In this document: positions 13,734 to 25,955 of the stretch, one piece after another | Position numbering within the stretch: the first letter of the stretch is position 1 | How the letters are laid out: every line of letters begins with the position of its first letter | NCBI GenBank assembly: GCA_973895155.1 | Contig: OZ316892.1 | Span: 20,895,619 to 20,959,618 of the forward strand | Direction of reading: 5' to 3' | Origin: Marsupella aquatica | Lineage: Eukaryota > Plantae > Marchantiophyta | DNA: 64,000 bases | The notes under the pieces: generated by a model | The model's input: the letters and a program-made list of their open reading frames with translations, nothing else | Database searches by the model: none | What the model was told of the DNA's origin: nothing | Position numbers and translations under genes: made by a program

Positions 13734-14780
13734 GTCAAGCAAGAAGTGTGGAGAGACCAATCAGTAAGCAAAAATAGGGGAGAACATACATACATGATCA
13801 GCAGCAGCAGGAAACAAGAAAGATGATTTCGGGTGGCATCTTAGGGTCGGGGACACCACTGCAACACCAGGACTTAGGATATGAGTTGTTCTTAATCTGC
13901 TAGTAGCATCCGGCAGACCGGCGACCCATGGCAAAAGGGCAGAGCAGCAATCCGCTAAAACTACCGACTCTCACCTTTGCGCTACTGACTGTCACCTTTG
14001 TCCAAGGTAGCTAGTAATAGCAAGTTGAAGTCCCGCTCCAAGTTGTCGGCTTCCACTCCAAGCTCCCTAAAAGATTGTGGCCTCAGGTCCAAGTCGTTAG
14101 CTCGCACGCGCAACTCCCTAAACCTACACACAGCGGAAGCTTAGCTCACCAACAACTTGTAGAAACAATGACCTCCCCTCTGAAACTGATAAAAACACCT
14201 GAATACAAATAGTGAAGCACGAGGACAAAACAGGGAGAAGCGTTTTGCAGTTTGGGACAACAATGCTAGGAGTGTATACACTTCGGGCAACAGGGAGGTC
14301 CAATAATAGTTTGAATCTGACGGATGAAGCTCTAGGCGAATGAGCTCCAGGAGATTGGGTGCATGATTGAGTAGGCGATTGTAACAGCAGGCACCAGGCG
14401 ATTGAAGGAAGCAGCATTCGACAATGGACCTAGGCAGCTCGCGAATTTTGCTCAGCAGCGATGTCACCTAGACCCTAAACACGCAATGCATACATCACCT
14501 AGACAACTATACTTGCAGCCACGAGGTGAGTCTGCGATAGGGGATTGAAGGAAGCAGCAAGTCAAGCAAGAAGTGTGGAGAGACCAATCAGTAAGCCAAA
14601 ATAGGGGAGAACAGACATACATCAGCAGCAGCAGGAAACAAGAAAGATGATACTCTGTTCCATCTTAGAGTCGGGGACACTACTGCAACACCGGGACTTA
14701 GGATATGACATGTTTTTAAACTGGAGATAGCATCCAGCAGGCCGGCGACCCATGCCAAATGGGCAGAGCAGCAATCCGCC
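13734..14780. repeat. Diverged direct duplication (~220 bp)
   Basis: GTCAAGCAAGAAGTGTGGAGAGACCAATCAGTAAGC...GCAGAGCAGCAATCCGC at ~13734-13955 and ~14561-14780. Confidence 0.85.
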
Positions 14781-16526
14781 ATGTAGCGATAGGCGAGAGC
14801 AGCGATTACGACGATGAAAGATGGTCGAAGCTGAAGCAAAACCCCTAAAGATGCAGCTTGGCCATACTCTCCTTCCTCACCTCATAGCGCTAGGCATTCA
14901 ACCTCCCTCTTCAATGAACCTCACAGCAGCTTGAAGGTCGATAGATTTTACCTCGTCTCCTGAGCAGAAACGTCTGCATTAGCTGAACAGAGCCCGGAAC
15001 AGAGCTATCGCATTTAGCCTCCCGACTCCAAAATTGAACGCAACACAACCTCCAACTCCCAATGGCAGCTCAGTAGGTTGATCAGCTCGGTCAATGCAGG
15101 TCAGTCGACCTCAATAGCCACACTAGAAGCTCACCGCAAGTCACTCAAAGGTCAGACTAGAAGCTCCGCCGCCTTCACACCGTAGCAAAAAACAATGAGA
15201 CCAATATCGAGCAAGGCGACCCTGTTTGAATATTTGGCGACCATCAGGCTCCACCCCTCCTTTCTCGCTACCGTTCCCCCATGTGATGGTTAAGCTTCTC
15301 AGGACACAATCAATCGCACAAATGTAGCTTAAAGCAGGACCTCACTAAGCAAACTATCGGTTAGGACCTTATAGACATAGAGATAGATAGGTCAATGCAA
15401 CCTTACTTGGGCCGATGCAGCATGTCTCTTGACAATGTGAAGTAGCGCAACATTCCTCCACCTAGCTCGCAGTGATCCTCCGCCTTGCTTGCAGTAACCA
15501 GCCTCCGCCTAGCTAGTTTGCACTGTCATGGCTGCAACTTTTTGTGCAATGACTTGGCCCTCCTACCAACTACGAGCTCCCAAAAGTATGTCGAGCAGAT
15601 GTACACTCAGGCACCACCTCGTAGAGCTCAACTCCAAGTCGGCAGCTCTCACTTGAAACTCAATAGCAGCTTAGCTCACCAGCAGGTTGAAAAGCGACAA
15701 TGGACTCCCCTCAAAACTGATTGGCAGACCTCCACACTGACGCTCGTAGCAGGCCCAATCCTAAACACATTTGCACCCTAAAGTCTAGTCGCGCTCAAAC
15801 ACTTTCAAACGACCCTGCAGGAAGTTCGCGAAGAGTGCAGCTAGAATGAAGGTCGTCGACTCCCAATTTCCCTTGCAAAACCAACCTCTGCGGCACACTG
15901 ACCCTGAACACTTAGGGCAAGTAGTACCCCCAAAATCTCTTGCAAAACCAACCTCCAAGGTACACTGACCCTGAGGGAAAGTAGTACCCCTCACATGTGG
16001 GCAGCCATTGAGTGACTTAGCAAACAGGTTGGTTTGGACATAAAAGAACCAATGCAAATGACTTAGCAAAAAGTTCAATGTGGGGAGAGTGCACTTTGGT
16101 CAAGAACAAGGCCAAATATAGTCAGGTATGAATCCACATTATAAGTGAAAGTACTCACCATTCTGATGAAAACCCCCATATTTATACCCATTATATTTGG
16201 ACCTCGCCAACCATGAGTGTGCAATATGTAGTTGCACCGGGAGTTGCATATTAGGGATTGGCATCCGAAATTGGCTAATGGGATATGCATGCTGACGGAA
16301 TTTTAAAAAATGATGTCCAATTCATATTGCACTATTGTGGAGTAACTAACATAACTTACCTATTTCTTACTTACCAGTGTTACAATAGCGACATTGGATA
16401 AAGTTGTAAGCATGACTTCCCACAACCTCACCAAAACTTAGTTGGTATGATGTAACTAACATGACACCCACAAACTTGGAGTCGCATATTTATGAAGGTC
16501 TCGCACAAGTCACATAGGGGAGGGTC

Positions 16527-19500
16527 TCAGAATGGGTGGTTTTCTTCTAGTGATGACATCCTGGCGGACAGCCCCAGTTTCTTTGTCAGCTTCCTGTTTG
16601 AGCCTATGCCAACCCCTTTGCTCAACAACATGTGCTTGCAACCATATGACTCCACAGACGATATCATACTATCCCACAATTCCATCGCTAGAATTTGACT
16701 TGAAACTATTGGCACCGAATTCCCGTGCCAGTGTGGACATTCAGATCGTGGTACAGTGACTCTGCACCTGTGCTCCTTACGATGCTCCGCAGGGACACGC
16801 AGGGATGCATGAACTTTCTCCAAAGCCCTCTGATGAGGGAAAAGTCCATCGTCATCTTCCCAAATGTACGACGATATTTTTGTGAAAAAGTGTCGTGCAA
16901 AATGAAGAGAATAAGTGACTTCCTGGTCCTTCTAATTTGTTCTGGTGCGTCCATAGTCTGATACCATCCTCTCAAAGCGGTAGCACCAATAAACATAGTG
17001 TGGGCCATGTCGTTCTATCCCATCAAATATCTCTTCGCTCCCTAAAAATTGGGATCAAAACACATTGGGATTAGAACATCACCTCAGTGCAATGATGGAT
17101 CGACCAACAATGAATACCCACTGTCATCATGGTCATGTAGCAAGTGTAAACAAAATGACTCACCAGCAACATGCTCTAGAATTGCTCCATTTGGGCCCCA
17201 AGCCTCTTCTGAGCAAACTCTCCAAGAAGCCAGTAGAGACCTGCCTTTTTTCAATGTGGCTGTAGTCCAACCCTCTTGTCTACTTCTGATATAAAAGAGG
17301 CGTGCAATCTCTACCAAAAGAATCCCAAGCGTCCCAAGGTCAGAGTGGACACTAATGTCCATCTGTTGGAGGATATGAGGCAGACAATACAATATGATTT
17401 GCGTGAACTCTTCAACCTTGAAGTATCCCAATCTTTCAAAAGGTTGTTTAGGCCACCTTCCATCAAAACCTCTCGGTTTCCTAGCAGTAACCTCCTCCAG
17501 AGCATCTTCAAACTGTTTTTGATGTTGACGGGGAACACTCAAAACTAGAAGCTTGCAGTATTTCTTGAAAAGGCACAAGGCAAGGATATGCATTGTATCA
17601 TACACCAGATCCTTGCTCAAACAAAATCCAGTAAGCTCATGTAGTCGCCAAGCCCTGGTCATGTTTGAAATCCCGCACTCCCTGCTTATCTTCATCCTCT
17701 CTGCAGTTGTTCCTGCCCTGGTCATGTTCCTGGCCGCCTCCCTCACCTCTTCAATTTTCCGTGTAGGTGGTGGATATCTCATCTGCATCCTATTGTTGTC
17801 ATACACAGCCCTTCCCAGAAAACCTCGGGGTTGTGATTGGTCAGTCTCCTTTCGAGGATGATCAAACTTGCACTTCATCCATCGAGTGCTCATTTTACAA
17901 TTCCTACAAGTGGAATAACCTGTAACATTCCAGCCCCCAAATTTACATTGTGCGGGATGATCTCCAGTGAAAACTGCTAACAGTGCTTGTAGCACACACC
18001 TGGAGTCATTCGGTACATTATCCTCTTCAGCCAATAATTCCACAGGGTAATTGTAATCCACCTCTATCCCATCCACAAACAACTCCTCCAGTTCTCTTAT
18101 GAATGGTTCTAAGAAAGCATCCAAGCATTTCAGCTTTTTTTTTCTTACGTCGTCGTCATCACATGGCGGGATAAAAAGAACAGGGATAGGTGGAATTTTG
18201 GTTTGAGACCCGACACTTAAAACTTGGACCTCTACAGTCCAGGTGCTTTTGTGGGCAGTCTTGGCAGACTGAAATCCATCCCAGTGTGCCATGAGTGCAA
18301 TATTTTGGGGATCACCCTGCATGCGGTGGGTCACACTAGTTAGACAAAAGTTACTCTATCATAACCCATAAATACCCTAAAAATACCCATACCATACCCT
18401 GGTCATACAAAAGTGCGCAACAACAGTAACGCAAGAAGAAATCACTAACCTTTGCAAATTGTTTCGGGGCCGTGACTCGAGATCCGCAATCTGAGCATTG
18501 GAAGTCGTATTGTTTGCTGACATTATCCCAGTTGGCAGTATCCAACAACTCAGGAAATTTATTTGGTGTTGTTGAATAGCAAGCATAACAGTTTCGGCAT
18601 AACACGGGAATCTCAAACTGTGAGCAAGTGTCCCAAAAGTAGGATAGCTCGGAAGCACGATAGCCGTCCCACCATTCCTTGTACACAGGTCTGGGCATGG
18701 AATCCTTCTTAAACCACTTATCTTTGTCCCTCCACATTGCCTGGAACTCATGACAAATAGATCGACTGCTACATAACTTCCGCAACATGGGACCAATGGG
18801 GAAATATTCAAACCGGAGCATCTCCTTGCGAGCCGTGCCACAACCATCCAATGGGCAACGTTCCGAACAACGCAAACAATCCCTAGCTAGATGCCACTTC
18901 GTCCCTGCGATTGAACAACTGCACTTCAATCCAGTTCGAACATTGTAGTCATCTTGGTGCGACGGCGGTAGGACTACGGGAGCATGCCAGTTTGGCTTCT
19001 GTCCAATACACATTCTCCACAACTGCGTTTTTGGCATACCATATGCCTCAAACATGCCACACAAACCCTTGAATGATGACAATGCATCAATTCCATGGCG
19101 TCCTCCGTCCCACGTCACACCAGCGTGCCTCAGGAGTGCGCCCAGTCCTACATTTGCCATGTCGGATGGAGGGTCGGGTGAAGGTGTCAAATTTGTAGAT
19201 GGGGGAATCTGAATCTTCCCGAATAGCATTTTCAAAATGCTATCCTGCAATGCTTGAGGCATTTTAGCCTCATCAAGCATTGATTGTAATCTCCAAGTCT
19301 GTCGATAAATTGCTTCGTCCACGGTCAGTATTCTTCGAGGCATTATGTGGATACCATACTGCATGGGAAGCGTCTGACCAATCCCATCAACATCTAGGTC
19401 CTGCAAATTGTTTCTTCCAACATCATCATTCCCGTCTCCTCCTGTAAGTGCCCTGTACAAAAAAGTTGGGGCCGTATATCTGTGTTCTTGTCGGGACATT

Positions 19501-19574
19501 TGAACACCTAAGAAGCTGGCAGAATGACCGTCTTGATGCGATAGGCCATGGCCATCCGGATGCCCATGATCCAC
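16527..19574 (-). pseudogene. Second, divergent CMC-superfamily DDE transposase; 2 introns, one nonsense codon
   Basis: EYFPIGPMLRKL, EWWDG; MAHWDGFQ, LDAFLEPFIRELEELF, GDHPAQCK..G..GYSTCRNC, YDTMHIL; after splicing EHVAGSEEIFDGIERHGPHYVYWCYRFER, then in-frame TAG near 16933. Introns ~18449-18317 and ~17163-17042. Confidence 0.85.
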
Positions 19575-21596
19575 TAAAAACTTTGCAGGAATGACCCTGC
19601 CTTTCTTGTCATAGTTTGCATGTCATCTTCGATTCCTTGGGCTCACAAAATCATACCCATCCTGTAAGCGCGAACATTTGTATTGACAGGTGCATCGTTC
19701 CTTTGGTTCTGGCGTCATGGTGCACACTGCCGTTCCTGTGTGCAAAATATTGCAACGAAGTCGATTCAGAATTCCTCAGGAGGTGGATGTGCGCGGTGGG
19801 ATTGTCGGAAGGACGATTGGAGAAGTTCATTATTATGTTGAATACTGTGCATAATTAGGTGGGGCCCACGGCATTAATGACTCCGGGAAAGCATTCAAAT
19901 GTCCTTGTTGCATGTGAGCAAATGTGCTAGGTGGGAAACCTTATCGTTGACCCTGCAAGCCCGGGGCCACTGCCTCTAATCCCTCTAAGGCAGTCACTCA
20001 CCATGTTGAATTCATGCTTATGCTATTCAAATTTGAAGTTCATGTGTATGGTTTTCTTTCTTGGGCAGCTTACTCCGGGAGTTTATTGACATTTTTGGTT
20101 CACAGTGCATGTTTTTTATTATTGTTGGGACATTGAAATTGTTGTTGGGCCCTGTCTAGGTCTTTATTTATTTTGTATCCGACCCATCCTTTCTTACAAT
20201 ATGGTCTATGTAAATAGAATTGTCATCCAAGCTTTTTAATGGCATTCCAGTTCACCAAATGCATACCAGCTGGTTATAGGGGCTGGCCACGACATCAGCC
20301 ATCTCAAATGTCACAAGATTAGACAGTGTCACACATACTAATTATTGTGTGACCCTGAAATACCCTGCTGCCTCAATCTTACGTGCTCATGTCAATTTGT
20401 TTTGGGGTTAAGGACCCCCAATGTACCATTTGAAAATAGGTCATTGGTCGATACCCCCTTCTTAAATGAAGATAGAGTAATGGCGCAATATATTGAAGTT
20501 TAAATAAGTAATGTAGACTATGGAATATTCCTCTAGGGATATAGTGTAGCCTAATATTCCCTTTGTTAATTCATTTTAGTACTAGTTTGTTTACCTTCAT
20601 GAAGTCTATAAGCTACCAGAGTTTTAGACAAATTAACACAAGAAGAACAATAATTTTCTAGTACTAATTTACAAAAGGATCTAATGTGATAGGATAAGTA
20701 ATGTTTTTACATGCATAACAAGGCATTTTTAATGCATCAAACAATATACATGGGGGGGGGGGGTTTGTTCACTTAATGTAGCAAAAGAGGGAGGGCCGAG
20801 GGATTCTACTTATATTTTGATTTTATAAATACGTACATAATCCGCTTTTCAATTCGTCAAACTTTAATAAAGTTTGAAATGTAATTGAGCTTCATTTGTA
20901 AAATGTTAAGTTACACACATCAATTCAGAGTCTATCTGCTTGTCACCAAAAGTAATCTAACTTACTTGAATATAGAATGGCATGTATTTACTCTCGATCA
21001 CTTCTTATATAGTGTCACACTTGTTAATGATGGTCAACCTTCAAAATCCTTAGATTACGGATTATCTTGCGGATTATTAATCCTTAAATTACCCTTCCAT
21101 TGACATATCATACTAGCTAGCCTTCATTACCTGTTCTTTGCACAAACATGAATAGAGGATAGTACGTATAAATCATGACAAATGGCAACATGCTTATTAT
21201 TTGACATATTGGTCATGAGTTTTCTCATCCACATGATGAGCCATGGAGTTCCAGTTTAATTAAGAGGTTTCACTCGATCTACCTTGTAGTTGGCGCTTTA
21301 TAAGTTCTATTGTTAAGGGACTGAGACAATTGGTACCTACCTAGCTACCTCCCAAGTTCACCTTAGGATCACGGAACTTGTTATACATGCATCTGCGAAC
21401 ATGCATGTTTGATTTAATCACTCTCTCAAAAAGGAATAGGAAGATCACAAAACCCACCAATCATTTATTGACATGTGGCAACCAATGAATTGTGTGATGA
21501 AAAGTGGGACTTTTTGAATTGTTACCCCCTTACTTCATCCCTACTTCTAAGCACTTCCTTACAAATTAATAATGACTGAAACGCCCCATACTTTGG

Positions 21597-21870
21597 TGCA
21601 CATGATGTGAACATTTAATTTGTGGAAGTGACCCGCACCCCCACCCACCCTGAGCTACCTCCATACTTCATCCTTAAATTAATTAACCTCCCACATATGC
21701 ATGCATGCATATATGTACGTGCGCAAGTCTTAGGGTTTAGGGTTAGGGTAATGAATAAAAGGCCCCTTACTTCGATCATTTGCACATGATGTGAACATTT
21801 AATGGGTGGAAGTGACCCCCACCCCCACCCACCCTGAGCTACCTCCATGTTTCATCCTTAAATTAATTAA
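21597..21870. repeat. ~90-bp direct repeat, 2 copies, abutting the inner CACTA insertion
   Basis: TGCACATGATGTGAACATTTAAT...TTCATCCTTAAATTAATTAA at ~21597 and 21781. Confidence 0.9.
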
Positions 21871-22259
21871 CACTAGAAGAAAACAGGGCCCTTTATGACC
21901 AATCACCCAATGACGGAGATGAATAAATGACCAAAATTTCTAATGACACAAAAAGAATGACAGGAGAATGTCTGTCCACAATGACCAATAGACTGAAATG
22001 ACAAAATGTTAACTTTTGCGTCATTTTGTATAATGTTTGTAATGACTGATGCGACCAAAATGACCCAATTTCCCTAAATGGTCAATTTAGACACATGTCT
22101 TAAATGACGCAATTAATAACAACAATGATAAATCAGTGTTTAGCACCATTATAGTCACTCTGGACAATGATTGAAATGACCAAAAATTTATTTGGGTCAT
22201 TTTGGACAACGGTGATAAATGACAAAAAATGTATTTTCGTCATTTTAACCAACGGTGTT

Positions 22260-22700
22260 AAATGACAAAATATAGGGTCAATCTGAAAATGAGAATATAT
22301 CAATGTTTACAACAACATACCGTCATTATGGACTTCTCTCATAATGACTAACTCTAGGGTCAATCTTGAAATTAGGACATATCAGTGTTTTCAAGAACAT
22401 ACCGTCATTATGGACTTCTCTCTTAAATGACTAACTCTATGGTCAATCTTGAAATTAGGACATATCAGTATTTACAAGAACATACCGTCATTATGGACTT
22501 ATCTCATAAATCACTAACTCCAAAGTCAATCTTGAAATTATGATATATCAGTGTTTACAACAACATACTATCATTATGGACTTGTCGTATAAATGACTAA
22601 ATATAGAGTCAATCTAAAAATCATGATATATCAATGTTTACAATAACATACAGTCATTATGGACTTATTGCATAAATGACTACTTATAGAGTCATTAAAG
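22260..22700. repeat. CACTA subterminal ~63-bp repeats (~6-7 copies)
   Basis: Repeated GGTCAATCTTGAAATTA..ATATCAGTGTTTACAA.AACATACCGTCATTATGGACTT; inverted homolog at ~54100-54360. Confidence 0.9.
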
Positions 22701-22759
22701 AACCCAAGAGATATGAAGATTAAAATACTCAATAGTCATTCCAGACACCGGTCATAATT

Positions 22760-25460
22760 GTAGAGTCATTGATATAGTTGATAACCCTTCCACTAAATGC
22801 GGGACACAATACTCATCATTGTCCTCTCACTGGTTGCGGCATTAGCAATTTGAACACATGTCTTGCATTTACTTAAGGCATGATGCACCTAGCTTTGTGG
22901 AAATCACTCCCAAGTCATACACCTTTGGAGTGATTTGACAGAAGTGTTACCATATATAGATGCATAGTACTACCGTATCCAAAGGCAAATGAAGCCTTTT
23001 TGTCTCTCCAAGAAGTAGGGCAATACCAATGGAAGGTTGTCATCCTTTGTTGTAATTGTGTCATGTTTGTGTTGGTGTTTGGATGGGGAATATTATAATT
23101 GCAAATGAATAGTGATGGGGCATTCAAGGAGCTAATGTAATCTTTATTGGGTCATTTCTAAAAACATTTGTATCACAAATACCAATGACTACAAGTAGGG
23201 TCATTAAATTTGTCATATGGACTGTCATATAAGTCAAGTGACTGGACTTGTGGTCATTTGTGTGGTCCCTCATGCAGTCATTAAACACAAGCACTAATGA
23301 CCAGTTTGGGGCTAGGGGCTTGAGGTGGGCCCTAGAGTGTCATGGGGCCCCACATAGAGGTGAGAACCCCTCCACTAGGTGCAGGACACTATACTCATCA
23401 TTGTCCAACCACTAGTTGCGACATAAACACTTTGGACACATGTTTTTGCGTTTACTTTAAGGCATGATGCACCTTTGGGGAAATCACTCCCAAGTCGTAT
23501 GACTTTGGAGTGATTTGCCAAAAGTGTCACCATGCATGCATACCATCACATCCAAAGGCAAATAAAACTCGGTTTTGGGTTCTCCAAGAGGTAGTGCTGC
23601 ACCAATGGAATGGGCAGGGGAGTCATGCTTCTCATTATGGTGTGGGTGCGGGTTTAGGGAAGAGGAATATTCCAACCTTGCAAGGAATCTAAAGCTGGCT
23701 CTCTTTGGAGGTACTAGGGCCTTTATTGGGTCATATGTGAGCAATGGCCCGTCATAAATACCAATGACTAAAAATAGGGTCATTAAAACTGTCATATGGA
23801 GAGTCATATCAGTCTAATGACTGGATTTGTGGTCATTTGAGGGGTCCCTCATGCAGTCTTTAAGGAAAAGCACAAATGACCAGTTTGGGGCTAAGGGCTT
23901 GAGGTGGGCCCTAGAGTGCCATGGGGCCCCACATAGAGGTGAGAACCCCTCCACTAGGTGCGGGACACTATACTCATCATTGTCCAACCACTAGTTGCGA
24001 CATAAACACTTTGGACACATGTTTTTGCGTTTACTTAAGGCATGATGCACCTTTGGGGAAATCACTCCCAAGTCATACAACTTTGGAGTGATTTGCCAAA
24101 AGTGTCACCATGCATGCATACCATCTCATCCAAAGGCAAATAAAACTCGTTTTTTGGTTCTCCAAGAGGTAGTGTTGCACCAATGGAATGGGCAGGGGAG
24201 TCGTGCTTCTCAGTATGGTGTGGGTGCGGGTTTAGGGAAGAGGAATATTCCAACCTTGCAAGGAATCTAAAGTTGGTTCTCTTTGGAGGTACTAGGGCCT
24301 TTATTGGGTCATATGTGAGCAATGGCCCGTCATAAATGCCAATTACTACAAGAAGGGTCATTAAAATGGTCACATTGGATGTCATATAAGCCAAATGACC
24401 TGATTTATTGTCATTTGAGGGGTCCCTCATGCAGTCTTTAAGGAAAAGCACAAATGACCAGTTTGGGGCTAGGGGCTTGAGGTGGGCCCTAGAGTGCCAT
24501 GGGGCCCTACATAGAGGTGAGAATCCCTCCACTAGGTGCGGGACACTATACTCATCATTGTCCATCCACTAGTTGCAACATAAACACTTTGGAGACATGT
24601 TTTTGCGTTTACTTAAGGCGTGATGTACCTTTGGGGAAATCACTCCCAAGTCGTACGACTTTGGAGTGATTTGCCAAAAGTGTCACCATGCATGCATACC
24701 ATCACATCCGAAGGCAAATAAAAGTCATTTTTTGGTTCTCCAAGAGGTAGTGCTGCACCAATGGAATGGGCAGGAGAGTTGTGCTTCTCCGTATGGTGTG
24801 GGTGCAAGTTTAGGGAAGAGGAATATTCCAACCTTGCAAGGAATCTAAAGTTGGCTCTCTTTGGAGGTACTAGGGCATGGTTGTGGTGCTTCCTTGTATG
24901 GTGTGTGTGAGTGGGTTTAGGGTTTTGCAAGGAATTTAGAGCTGGCTCTCTTTGGAGGTCTAAGGACTTCATTGTGTCATTTGTGAACAATGGAGTGTCA
25001 TAAATGCCAATTACTACAAATAGGGTCATTGAAACGGTCATATAGAATAGGTCAAATGAGTGGACTTGTGGTCATTACATTGGTCCCTTGTGGAGTCATT
25101 TAGAAGAAGCTCAAATGATCAGTTTTGGGCTAGGGGCTAGAGGTGGGCCCTAGAGTGCCATGTGGCACTACATAGAGCTGGGAACCTGTCCACCGGGTGC
25201 AGGACACTCTACATACTATTCTTCATCCACTACTTGTGGCATAAACACTTTGGGATATGGGGATTCTATTTCTAAACCCTAAACTTGTGCTTCATTGGGC
25301 CATTTGTGAACAACTCTAGGTCATAAATGCCAAATAATGACCTCCTAGAATGTCATTGTGATTATGATATGGGAGTCAGTACCAAATCACCCAAAATGGG
25401 GTCATTAGAGGATTCCCTCATGATGTCATTGAGGAAAGAGGTTATAATGACCAAACTGGG
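22760..25460. repeat. ~578-bp tandem repeat array (4-5 copies)
   Basis: AATCACTCCCAAGTC anchor at ~22902, 23481, 24060 and 24638; explains the repeated ORFs 23484-23807, 24062-24565 and 24640-25041. Confidence 0.93.
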
Positions 25461-25782
25461 GCTAGGAGTAGAGGTGGGCCCTAGGGGATAACAAGGTTGT
25501 TGCAGGACAACAATGGAAAGGGTCTCTTTCTTCATTTCATTTGGGTTGATTGGTAATGGCTTATAAAATGTTTATGGCCCCTCCACACATATAGTCGTAT
25601 GGTGGAGTAAGCCTAAGTAACCTTATACGTTAGGGGTTCCAAACTTTTGTGTTACCCAACAACTAGTCCCAAGTCACCGTACTCATCAAAAGGAGTATGG
25701 GACAAGAAACTTATCTACCGTTTGTACCACTACTTGCAGCACATGACTTCATTTTGGAGCCAATCATGCTTTTGACTGTCAT

Positions 25783-25955
25783 AAGTGCCAATGACATGTA
25801 TCTAAGTCATATCCACCAAATGACTTAGATACATGTCATTGGCACTTTAAGTCATATCCACCAAATGACTTACTTTAAGTTGACTTACTTTAAGTCATAT
25901 CCACCAAATGACTTACTTTAAGTTGACTTACTTTAAGTCATATCCACCAAATGAC
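25783..25955. repeat. Perfect 28-bp-arm hairpin followed by tandem copies of its loop region
   Basis: Arms 25783-25810 and 25820-25847, 9-nt loop; TAAGTCATATCCACCAAATGAC repeated three more times downstream. Confidence 0.92.

Noticed and set aside
15121-15130. CACTAGAAGC as the missing left end
   Set aside because: The match stops after 9 nt, there are no subterminal repeats, and the adjacent 3 bp are CCA rather than GCC.
21731-21750. Telomere repeat TAGGGTTTAGGGTTAGGG (and scattered AAACCCTAAAC)
   Set aside because: Only 2-3 units; ordinary telobox-type motifs, not a telomere or healing site.
23484-25041. Repeated ORFs ending GKSLQSxTTWE (also 53501-53707)
   Set aside because: By-products of the 578-bp repeat; no domain and inconsistent starts.
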